This document shows positions 9,251 to 17,101 of a stretch of 64,000 bases of DNA, piece after piece; the first letter of the stretch is position 1; each line of letters opens with the position of its first letter. The DNA is taken from the IMG/VR virus record IMGVR_UViG_3300037424_002164, positions 1 through 64,000 of that record. One strand, 5' to 3'. Position numbers and translations under genes: made by a program. The stretch is from a virus. Its lineage: Duplodnaviria > Caudoviricetes. The notes beneath the pieces were generated by a model that saw only the letters and a program-made list of their open reading frames with translations, made no database searches and had not been told where the DNA came from.

Positions 9251-10924
9251 CTACGGCTTCACCACCTGAACATCAATCGTCCAGGTCAGTTTGCACCCGC
9301 CCGGGGTTCCCACAACCGTCCAGCCGGGGGGCAGCGCCGCGGCCTGACAATTGAATGCCGCAGGCACGGGCACGGGTACAGGTACGGGCACGGGCACCGG
9401 CGTGGGCACAGGAACCGGAACCGGGACCGGAACCGGCACGGGCGTTGGAGCAGGCTGCGATGCAGAACCCGCGGCAATCAGCATCGTGCGCCGGGAGTCG
9501 GAGGGATCCCCGGGGTACGGGTTGGACGGGTAGCCGAAATTCGAGCCGCAGGCGACGAAGGCGCCGCTCGGGTCAAGGGCGCACTTCGGCATGTCGGCGT
9601 AGCTCTCGTGATACTCGTTCCACTGGAGCGCCCGGTGCATCGCCAGCGGCCGCACCTCGACGGGAGACCGCGAGAAATCGAACGTCGCCACCATGCCAGC
9701 CCAGGCGTGCGGCGCGGCGATCAGCTCCTGGCCGGAGCCGTCGAGCCCCACCTTTTCGTACTGGAAGCCCACCGCGCAGACGGGTTTCGTGCGGGCGCAC
9801 GAGTAGTGCGAGCTGGACCCGATGATTCCGCCGGGGTTGCCGCGCACCGAGGTTACCAGCACTTCCCGCGTGGTGAAGGTTGGATCCGTCGCGTCGTAGA
9901 GCGCCAAAAAAACCTTTGAGGTAGGCGAGTCCTGCTCGTAGTCTGACCAGAAGTATTGCTTGCCGCTGATCTCGACCGAGTCGGAATGGTTGAGGCGGGC
10001 GCCCCGGCACCATTCGCCCAGCGTGCACACTCCGTCGCCGTTGCCCCAGGCGCTCCCGTCGTTCTTCGTCCACCCCTTGGCATCGGGATGTTCCGGCGAG
10101 GCGAACTCGAGCCTGAGCACGGAGCCGTCGAAGGAGAGCATGCTGGCCCCGGTCTGGACGTTGATGTACCGCTTGCCGGTGCGGACGTCGACGCCCTTCG
10201 AAAGCATCAGAAAATCGACGGTTTTGTTCGGCTCCACGTTGGGAACCGATAACGCATTCAGGCACCAGACCCGCTGAGTGCCATCGAGGGGAGCCAGGCA
10301 AAACTGGATCGGCGGGAGATTTCCATCGGGTAGCCGGGGTTTGGTGGTGACAAACGCCACCCAATGGTCCCGGCTGATGTCCCCGGTGCCGCCCGTGTGA
10401 ATGTTGGTCAGGCCCTTCGCCGGCGCATCGAGCACGAGCGACTTGTTTCCCGCCAGGTCGCGAAAGTAGAACTTGTCCCCCTCGAGGGTGTAGAACTGCT
10501 CATCGTTGGTCGAATGCCACCAGAACCCATGATCCTGCGATGGGCCGAACCATCCCAGGTTCGCCCCGTCGGAGGTGCGCCAGATCCGCGAGAAGCCCTG
10601 ATCGCCCGTGGCGATGTACTTCCCCGTTGCGCTCAGCGGCGTGGGCGTGCTGTACGTCTGAATGAACCCCGTGCCGGATACAATCCGCACCTTGGCGCCG
10701 AACGTCGGATCGGTGTAGCTGGCCCCGAGCGCCGGGACAGGGAACGTTTTGTAAATCTGCGGCGTCGGGCATACGCTTGGGGTCACGTCGAAGCCGGGAA
10801 CGCCTGGAGTCGTGCAGCCGACCGGGTAGCCGGCCGGGTAGCGGAACACCTGCCCGAACGCCGGCGCCAGGAGGGCGAGCCAGGCCCACGTCAAAGATGA
10901 CGTGAAGATGATGGATTTCTTCAT
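9251..10924 (-). CDS. Secreted beta-propeller-like protein with Pro-Val linker
   Basis: Signal peptide; TolB/Ogl-like blade ends (PKCALDPSGAFVACGSNFG); (PV)n linker; small Cys-containing C-terminal domain. Confidence 0.75.
   Translation of the reverse strand: MKKSIIFTSSLTWAWLALLAPAFGQVFRYPAGYPVGCTTPGVPGFDVTPSVCPTPQIYKTFPVPALGASYTDPTFGAKVRIVSGTGFIQTYSTPTPLSATGKYIATGDQGFSRIWRTSDGANLGWFGPSQDHGFWWHSTNDEQFYTLEGDKFYFRDLAGNKSLVLDAPAKGLTNIHTGGTGDISRDHWVAFVTTKPRLPDGNLPPIQFCLAPLDGTQRVWCLNALSVPNVEPNKTVDFLMLSKGVDVRTGKRYINVQTGASMLSFDGSVLRLEFASPEHPDAKGWTKNDGSAWGNGDGVCTLGEWCRGARLNHSDSVEISGKQYFWSDYEQDSPTSKVFLALYDATDPTFTTREVLVTSVRGNPGGIIGSSSHYSCARTKPVCAVGFQYEKVGLDGSGQELIAAPHAWAGMVATFDFSRSPVEVRPLAMHRALQWNEYHESYADMPKCALDPSGAFVACGSNFGYPSNPYPGDPSDSRRTMLIAAGSASQPAPTPVPVPVPVPVPVPTPVPVPVPVPVPVPAAFNCQAAALPPGWTVVGTPGGCKLTWTIDVQVVKP
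9359..9448 (-). repeat. 6-bp-period tandem repeat encoding APTPVPVPVPVPVPVPTPVPVPVPVPVPVPA
   Basis: ggcacg/ggtaca/ggaacc units with synonymous divergence. Confidence 0.85.
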
Positions 10925-10930
10925 CGGGGA

Positions 10931-11449
10931 TCAGTTCCGGGGAAGCACTTCCGCGGTGTCTATTTCCGCGGCCACGGAGCGGCCCAGAAGCGGAATCGAG
11001 ACCACCACGCGCGATTTTCCCTTTTTCAGGCGGGTCACGACGCCTTCGACGCCCTTGAGGGATCCGCAGGCAATTATGATCCGCTGGCCGACGACGACGG
11101 CCATCGGGGTGAGCTCCAGTTTCGAATCGACAAGCTGCTTCACGGCTTCGATCTCGTTATCCGGGACGGCGAGCGAGTGCGTGCCGTCTCCGAGGATTCG
11201 TACTACGCCGATGATCCGGAGGATTTCACGCCGGTCCGCCAGGTCGAAGTGTCCGAACACATAGCCGGGAAACAGCGGGCGTTCGGCGTCTTTGGTGCGG
11301 TCCGACCAGACGACTCGTTTGAGGTACAGCGGCAGGTAGGATTCGACATCGCTTTGAGTGAGCGCGTCGCGGACTTTTCGCTCGTACTGGCTGCGGACGT
11401 GGAGGGCATACCACTCCCGGCTGACAGCCTTCGGCCCTTCGATTCCCAT
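10931..11449 (-). CDS. NusG paralog (UpxY/LoaP/RfaH-like) transcription antiterminator
   Basis: NGN domain EWYALHVRSQYERKV...YLPL...RPLFPGYVF; KOW motif VGQRIIIACGSLKGVEGVV. Likely start MGIEG at 11449. Confidence 0.9.
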   Translation of the reverse strand: MGIEGPKAVSREWYALHVRSQYERKVRDALTQSDVESYLPLYLKRVVWSDRTKDAERPLFPGYVFGHFDLADRREILRIIGVVRILGDGTHSLAVPDNEIEAVKQLVDSKLELTPMAVVVGQRIIIACGSLKGVEGVVTRLKKGKSRVVVSIPLLGRSVAAEIDTAEVLPRN

Positions 11450-11502
11450 TTGTGAACCGTCCCCGGAGGGTTCCGAGATACCACTTTTCGGACGGACCGC
11501 CT

Positions 11503-11919
11503 TCAGGCTGCGGCCGCTCGCGGCATGGTCTTCACCGTTCTGGTGCCGACGTTGCGATCCTCCAGGACAACTTCCGACAACTGGGCTGGGGACAGGTTTT
11601 TCTCGGCGGCCTCGAGGGTGAAGCCGCACAGTGAAAGGAAGTCTGCTTCGCCAAGGAACTTCAGAATCTTTTCCATCGAGTGGATGTAGCGCTTGTTTGC
11701 CTTGGCGGTGACGGCTGCGACGTAGTGGCGTCCCGAGTAAACGATAGACTGATCCGGTTTCGTGTCAGCTTCGGCGGCCGCGCGGATCTGCTCCACAAGT
11801 ACTTTCTCGCGGAACTGAAGCGGCCGAATCTTCGCCTGGAGCCTTCCCAACTCGTCAACCACGGTCTGAGTGACGGGTTTCGGCTTGGTGTTTGGAAGGA
11901 GCTTTGCCACTACATGCAT
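11503..11919 (-). CDS. Hypothetical protein (138 aa)
   Basis: Coiled N-terminus, operon position. Confidence 0.7.
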   Translation of the reverse strand: MHVVAKLLPNTKPKPVTQTVVDELGRLQAKIRPLQFREKVLVEQIRAAAEADTKPDQSIVYSGRHYVAAVTAKANKRYIHSMEKILKFLGEADFLSLCGFTLEAAEKNLSPAQLSEVVLEDRNVGTRTVKTMPRAAAA

Positions 11920-11946
11920 GTAATCGCCACTTGCGGGGGGCTGTGC

Positions 11947-12549
11947 TCAAGCTGCCTTGCCCGCCATGGCAATCCGCAGGTGTGTCAGCGCCAGACGCTC
12001 GAGCTTCGCGAGGGTGTTCCGGCTCATCTTGAGCCTAGAGGCAACGGAGACTTGCTGCGAGTGGATCCCGGAGTGCAGGTAGCGCCAGCGGAGCAATCGC
12101 GCCTCCTGCTTCGGCAGGTGCCCTATGGCGGTTGTGATCGCGACGATCTGCTCGTCGTGCATCAGCCGGCAGGGAGTGTCTTCGCCCGAGGGGACGTCGG
12201 CGGCGTGGATAAATTCTCCGGAGACGTCCTGAAAGCCCGGCGCGATCGCTGCGAGCGGCCCGTGGGTCGAGTCCCGGTACTGGCGCCTGCGCACGGAATC
12301 GATGATCGCGCCGTGGATACGGGAGACAGCAAAAGGAGGGAAGCACTCAACCGGCCGGCGGTCGAAGCGGGTGGCTGCCTGTACTAGACCGACCATGCCG
12401 GACGAAACCAGGTCGTCGAGGTCGAAACAGGGGGGGAGTGTCTGCCGGATCCTTCGGGCGATCGGCTCCACCAAGGCCAAGTTAGACTCAACCAGACTGT
12501 CCCGCCGGGTTAAAGCCGGCGGAGCTCGGCCATAGAGGCGGGGGCTCAC
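11947..12549 (-). CDS. FliA/WhiG (sigma-28)-like sigma factor
   Basis: ESNLALVEPIARRI...DLDDLVSSGMVGLVQAATRFD, RIHGAIIDSVRR; region 4 LPKQEARLL...VASRLKMSRNTLAKL. Confidence 0.88.
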   Translation of the reverse strand: MSPRLYGRAPPALTRRDSLVESNLALVEPIARRIRQTLPPCFDLDDLVSSGMVGLVQAATRFDRRPVECFPPFAVSRIHGAIIDSVRRRQYRDSTHGPLAAIAPGFQDVSGEFIHAADVPSGEDTPCRLMHDEQIVAITTAIGHLPKQEARLLRWRYLHSGIHSQQVSVASRLKMSRNTLAKLERLALTHLRIAMAGKAA

Positions 12550-12830
12550 GTTCTGCGACGTTTTCGTCCCCCGCCGTTTCCCTGCTACTAAACGGTGAGG
12601 GGGAGCCGATTGGCACGGTCACTCCGCCCGGCAAAAAGCCGGATAAAAGCGGTACTGGACCGTCTATCTCCAGGATCTCCACCCTCATCTTGCGTCAAGT
12701 GACCCAGGAAATGCAAGCGTGCTGTTGGATTGGCGGGCGAGAGGGCTTCTTTGAAAGACCCTACTTACCTCTGTAATAGAAACTTCTTCTACACATAAAG
12801 ATGGCGCTGAACTCGAATACCCCAAAATCA

Positions 12831-12878
12831 CTGAACTTCAGTTCACCACAGGGCCCGGTCCGCTGAACTGGAGTTCAG
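12831..12878. promoter_or_regulatory. Two palindromic CTGAACT-NN-AGTTCA(G/C) sites in the late/replication divergent region
   Basis: 12831-12846 CTGAACTTCAGTTCAC and 12863-12878 CTGAACTGGAGTTCAG; half site at 12807. Confidence 0.65.
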
Positions 12879-12927
12879 TACCGGAAGGCCCAGAAAAATA
12901 ACGTGGCGAACAAACGGCGAAACAGGC

Positions 12928-12957
12928 TTGCTATTGTGAGGGAACTTGAGATATTTT
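12928..12957 (+). promoter_or_regulatory. Possible sigma70 promoter for the replication operon
   Basis: TTGCTA-N18-TATTTT in an AT-rich patch. Confidence 0.35.
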
Positions 12958-13200
12958 GATTCTGCGATGCGAAAATGGGTATGCGGCCCGACGGGGTCGC
13001 CAAGCCGCGCGCGCCGGGTGGTCTCCGAGCCCCCTGCGCGGCGCGGCATACCCGGCTAACTCGGAGAAGCCAAACTTGCCACCCCAACCATTCCGCTTCG
13101 AAGACCTAAACGGGGCGGTTCTTCGACTTCACACCAGGCGCCATTTTCCGATAACGGATAACATGTCTGTCGGCCGGCGCCCGCGAAAGGGACCCTTACT

Positions 13201-14403
13201 ATGGGCGCCGCGTCATCTTCAGCAGCCCGGTTAACCCGCCGACCCGCGGAGCCTCAACGGCAACCGCTCACGGGCGACGGCTGGAGCCGTATCCGACATC
13301 GTTACTGGGGTCTTGCTGCGGTCTTGAGCAGCCTCGGCGAGTATGCGATCGTCGGCCTGATCGAGGCCTACACCTCGGAAGGCGATCGACCTCCCGAATG
13401 GACCGGGAAGTGGTACGACGACGAAGGCCACGAGTTGAGCCCGCTCGAATACTTCGAGTGGAAGACCGGGTTGGACGACCGCGCGGTCTACAAGTGCATC
13501 GGGAGCCTCAAGAAGAAGGGGCTTATCGAGGTCGAGGGGGAGGGGAAGAAAGCCAAATACCGCACCCGTCCCGACCGGTACAGGCAGTGCCAACCCCGGA
13601 GCCGCGGCGGATGGACCCGGAAAGGCCCGAGGTCGGCCGAGGAGGCGCACAACGATGTCGAGGCCTCCGTCACCGCAGACAACCGGTGCGCCCTGGCCGC
13701 CCCCAAGGCGCCAATCCCAGTTCAACTCGACTGCCCAATGGGTCTCACGTGCCCGGTCGAATCCGTACGTCCAGGAAAGGACGGAGTTCTTCATAACATT
13801 AAAGTTATCGATAATTCACTGAACTCCAGTTCAGCGAAGGAAAAGCGAAACTCACCCTGGGAGAAGGTCAAAACGAAGCTGCGCACCGTGTTGGGCGCAG
13901 TCGCGTGGTCCAACTGGATCGAGGCGACCCGCGAGGTCGCTGTCCAAGCTGGCGTCGCCATCGTAGCCGTCGAGAACGCCCACCAGAAGACCTGGATTGA
14001 ACAGGAGTACTCCGAGCAGATCGCCGGCGCCCTGGTTGAGGTGGGTCTGACGGGTGTTCGGTACGTGGTTTCGCCATGTAACGTTGGTGATTCTTTAGGT
14101 AGTTCCGGGAGTTTACTGAACTCCAGTTCAGTAAACGGGGATGCGTTCCGGGAGCGGCTGCGCCGGGCCTGCTCCCGGATCCCGGCGGTCCTCGATGACG
14201 CCATTATCGAGGACATCCGGGCGGTTCTGTCTCCGACGCCGGAGGAGTTGTACTTCGAAGTGCTCGAATCCGCCCAGGTCCAGCGGCGGCTGGCGAAATA
14301 TTCCCTGGGAGTGCTCGTTTTGTTCGCGAACGACGCGGTGCGGCTGCGCCTCGAGCGGTATGGACGCGGCCTGTTGAAGCGGCTCGAAAAGCGGCGGGAG
14401 TGA
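13201..14403 (+). CDS. Replication initiator (wHTH + DnaA N-terminal-like domain)
   Basis: wHTH TGLDDRAVYKCIGSLKKKGLIEV; DnaA_N-like WEKVKTKLRTVLGAVAWSNWI...VAVENAHQKTWIEQEYSEQI. Confidence 0.75.
   Translation: MGAASSSAARLTRRPAEPQRQPLTGDGWSRIRHRYWGLAAVLSSLGEYAIVGLIEAYTSEGDRPPEWTGKWYDDEGHELSPLEYFEWKTGLDDRAVYKCIGSLKKKGLIEVEGEGKKAKYRTRPDRYRQCQPRSRGGWTRKGPRSAEEAHNDVEASVTADNRCALAAPKAPIPVQLDCPMGLTCPVESVRPGKDGVLHNIKVIDNSLNSSSAKEKRNSPWEKVKTKLRTVLGAVAWSNWIEATREVAVQAGVAIVAVENAHQKTWIEQEYSEQIAGALVEVGLTGVRYVVSPCNVGDSLGSSGSLLNSSSVNGDAFRERLRRACSRIPAVLDDAIIEDIRAVLSPTPEELYFEVLESAQVQRRLAKYSLGVLVLFANDAVRLRLERYGRGLLKRLEKRRE
13819..14136. repeat. Intragenic palindromes CTGAACTCCAGTTCAG (candidate iterons/ori)
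   Basis: Copies at 13819-13834 and 14116-14131; the latter extends to 12-bp perfect arms GTTTACTGAACT-CC-AGTTCAGTAAAC (14111-14136). Confidence 0.7.
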
Positions 14404-14780
14404 GCCGGGGGACTGGCGCGAGCGCTGGACTCCAGCGAATTTCACCCTGGCGGTTAAGTCATGGACACGATGGCTGGCTGGTTTGCCTTTATTGTTCTGC
14501 TGATACTTGCGAGCGCGTTCGCCTTCAGTTCCTGGAGGAGCGGCCGATGAGGAGAGCCTCCGACCGGGTGGGAAGCACAGACGAGGTCCTCGTGGCCGCG
14601 CGTCCCGGGTGGCGCCCGCGGCGCGGAGCGTGGCATCGCATCGTGGGCGGACGCTGTTATGTAGGCACCATTGGCAAGGTGATCGCGTTCCGCGGCCTCG
14701 GCTTCGTGCGCATGCGTTTCGGGAACGTCGAAGTCAGCGTCGAGATGAAATACCTCGACCGCCGCGAGGTTTCCCCATGA
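14400..14780 (+). CDS. Hypothetical protein (SH3/KOW-like C-terminus)
   Basis: GTGA coupling to the initiator; YVGTIGKVIAF...VRMRFG. Start uncertain. Confidence 0.5.
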   Translation: MSRGTGASAGLQRISPWRLSHGHDGWLVCLYCSADTCERVRLQFLEERPMRRASDRVGSTDEVLVAARPGWRPRRGAWHRIVGGRCYVGTIGKVIAFRGLGFVRMRFGNVEVSVEMKYLDRREVSP

Positions 14781-15118
14781 GAGTCGCTCGTCACCCCGGG
14801 CGCTGGCGGCTCGCCTGGCGCGACGAGTTTGGTTTGTGCGGCAGCACCTCCTTCTCGACCGAGGAGATGGCGCGCGAGGCGATGCTCGCCTACGACCGGC
14901 CGCGATGCTGGGCGGCCGTGATCCACCCAACCCGGTACGTGTTCGCCGCGGAGGTAGGGACGCGCTTCGCAGATTTGCAGAGTTTCGCTTTGGTGCGCGA
15001 GGCGCCGACGCTGCCGGCGGCCGAGCGGCCGAGAAGGACCACAACGTCAACGGCGAGAAAGTCGCCGGGAAAGGAGCAGAGCGCAAGAGAAGGACGGGTC
15101 TTCGGGCGCGCGGGCTAA
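14777..15118 (+). CDS. Hypothetical protein
   Basis: ATGA coupling; MRVARHPGRWRLAWRDEF. Confidence 0.55.
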   Translation: MRVARHPGRWRLAWRDEFGLCGSTSFSTEEMAREAMLAYDRPRCWAAVIHPTRYVFAAEVGTRFADLQSFALVREAPTLPAAERPRRTTTSTARKSPGKEQSAREGRVFGRAG

Positions 15119-15175
15119 CCCATTTGGGCCGCGCGCCCGCTTCCTTCGCGCGGTGCGCGGCTGAAAGCGATCAAC

Positions 15176-15433
15176 ATGGAAAACTTCGACGATTGGATGA
15201 AACAGCTCGGGCGTTCGCGCCAACGGATAGAGAAAACTTCGCGGGACATCATTGCGTTCGTCCGGGTGCTGCCTCCGTTGCTGAAGGATCACGGCTGCGC
15301 CTCGACAGCGGAAGAATTGGACCGGCTGATTTTTGCTCACGACTCCGAGAACGAAGGGGTCTCGAAACTGATGCAAGACAACCCGGACCATATTTTCGAA
15401 ATGCTGCGAAAGGGAGCAGCCTCGGGGGAGTGA
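15176..15433 (+). CDS. Hypothetical protein (85 aa)
   Basis: Helical, protein-like. Confidence 0.65.
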   Translation: MENFDDWMKQLGRSRQRIEKTSRDIIAFVRVLPPLLKDHGCASTAEELDRLIFAHDSENEGVSKLMQDNPDHIFEMLRKGAASGE

Positions 15434-15434
15434 A

Positions 15435-15623
15435 TTGCAGATGGAAGGACAAACCTTGGTTTACGCGCCGTTCCCCATGCGCACCGGGGAGCTGCTTCAG
15501 ATCCAGGGCGAGAACGGGGTCGTGCGCACCGTGCGGGTGGGCCTGCCGGTACAGGGCGGGGAACCTCCATCGATGTTCGCGCCAGACGAAACCGTCTACT
15601 GCTTCCAGGTTCTGGACCCCTGA
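15435..15623 (+). CDS. Hypothetical protein (62 aa)
   Basis: Operon packing. Confidence 0.55.
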   Translation: MQMEGQTLVYAPFPMRTGELLQIQGENGVVRTVRVGLPVQGGEPPSMFAPDETVYCFQVLDP

Positions 15624-15628
15624 GTGAA

Positions 15629-16120
15629 ATGCCTGTCCGTCCCGAGTTCCGCAAGTTTTACGGCCGCATCTGGCGCCACGCGACCAGGATGCGGATACTG
15701 GCACGGGCCGGACATTGCTGCGAACGATGCGGCAAGCCCAATTCGAGGCGGCTAAGCAAATCGAAAGGTCATTGGGAGCGCGTCGAGACCGTGAGCGGCA
15801 AACTGTTTGGCAAGCCGGTCATGTTCTGGCGACACTCGGGGCGACAGTCAGGAATCCGAGGAAAGTATTCGCCCTGGCGGTCGAACGACGGGACGATCAC
15901 AACCCACTACTTCGTGAAATCGCTCGGCTGGAAGGTCCGCTTGATCCGCGTCGTGATCGCGGTCGTGCACCTGAACCACACGCCGGGCGACGACCGCGAC
16001 GACAACATGGGGGCGCTGTGCCAGTGGTGTCACCTGGTCAACGACCGGGGCCACCATGCCGAGACGCGGGCGACGCGCAAGGATTGTGGCCGGCCGCTGC
16101 TGGGGAGGATGGCGGGATGA
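15629..16120 (+). CDS. HNH endonuclease-like protein
   Basis: RAGHCCERCG...VVHLNHTPGDDRDDNMGALCQWCHLVND. Confidence 0.8.
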   Translation: MPVRPEFRKFYGRIWRHATRMRILARAGHCCERCGKPNSRRLSKSKGHWERVETVSGKLFGKPVMFWRHSGRQSGIRGKYSPWRSNDGTITTHYFVKSLGWKVRLIRVVIAVVHLNHTPGDDRDDNMGALCQWCHLVNDRGHHAETRATRKDCGRPLLGRMAG

Positions 16121-16269
16121 ACCAGCTTACGCGCCGCCCTCGGCCTTCAAAGGTTGTTCCGAATTGGCTGCTGATCGTGTTTTTCGCGGTCGTTTTCGCG
16201 GTGGGGTGGCTCTTGTGGGACGGGCTGAAGTGGGTGTGGAACTTGCGTGATGTGAGACTGATCCCGTGA
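16117..16269 (+). CDS. Small membrane protein
   Basis: ATGA coupling; TM WLLIVFFAVVFAVGWLLW; ends VRLIP. Confidence 0.55.
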   Translation: MNQLTRRPRPSKVVPNWLLIVFFAVVFAVGWLLWDGLKWVWNLRDVRLIP

Positions 16270-16433
16270 GACACGTCGAATGGCCCGACATCGTCGCGTT
16301 AGCCGCGTGCGTTGCTGTCTGGTTGATGCTTTGGCTGAGCGGAAGGATCTCGGCCGGTTTGCCGGCGTTTTCCCGTAAGAAAGCTCGACTGACTCGATTG
16401 GGCACTGAGACTCCAGAAGGTGAGGCTGATCCC

Positions 16434-16838
16434 ATGACCAACGAGGATTTCGACGTAGAGGCTATTTACGACGAGCAGATCAGCCCGCTCATGACGCAGA
16501 TCATCGCGCTTTGCAAGGAGCACCAGATACCCATGCTGGCGTCATTCCTTTACAGCCGGAGCGACACCGGCATTAAGGAGGAGACGAACAGGTTCTGCTC
16601 CACGTTGTTGAACCAGTTCGATGGGAGATTCTCTCGGCACTTGATGATGGCAAATGAGATCCTCTACGGCCGCCTACCCAAGCATCGGATATCGTTTTCC
16701 CCCAAGAAGCTCGACTGGTTCGCGGTTGCCGTGTGGGTGGGCGCGTTCACATTCTGCGGCCTGATCTGGTGGGGCATCTGGCTGCTGGCGGGACTCGATT
16801 GGGCATTGATACTCCAGAAGGTGAGGTTGCTGCCATGA
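16434..16838 (+). CDS. Hypothetical phage protein with C-terminal TM helix
   Basis: EAIYDEQISPLMTQIIALCKEHQIPMLASF, a motif seen in many phage ORFans; ends VRLLP. Confidence 0.65.
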   Translation: MTNEDFDVEAIYDEQISPLMTQIIALCKEHQIPMLASFLYSRSDTGIKEETNRFCSTLLNQFDGRFSRHLMMANEILYGRLPKHRISFSPKKLDWFAVAVWVGAFTFCGLIWWGIWLLAGLDWALILQKVRLLP

Positions 16839-17101
16839 ACACTGAGGAGCCTATGGATTTTACAAGAGCTACGGCAATAACTCCCGAAGTGGAAGAAGCC
16901 GTCAAGGATGCTTTTGAATATCACCGCTGGACGGTCGAGCAAATCCGTGCCGGCAACTTCGTCCGTCAGGCGCTGGTGGACGCAATTAAGGCAATCATCG
17001 TCAACGTCCCCCCTGGCCCTGACCGGACGGTCGCGATGCGAAAGATCCGCGAGGCCAGGATGGACTGCAACAGCGCGATCACACACGGGGGCAAGTACTA
17101 A
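16835..17101 (+). CDS. Acb2/Tad1-hairpin-like small protein
   Basis: AFEYH...VPPGPDRTVAMRKIREARMDCNSAI. Confidence 0.65.
   Translation: MNTEEPMDFTRATAITPEVEEAVKDAFEYHRWTVEQIRAGNFVRQALVDAIKAIIVNVPPGPDRTVAMRKIREARMDCNSAITHGGKY

Noticed and set aside
10931-11629. 232-aa version of the NusG paralog
   Set aside because: Extension overlaps the upstream gene and is unstructured; the NGN domain starts just after Met at 11449.
12589-12612. TAAA...GCCGAT sigma-28-like promoter
   Set aside because: Spacer is 12 nt rather than about 15, and it points away from the late operon.
12488-12688. 66-aa ORF upstream of the FliA-like gene
   Set aside because: Overlaps the sigma start, has no recognisable features, and lies in a probable regulatory region.
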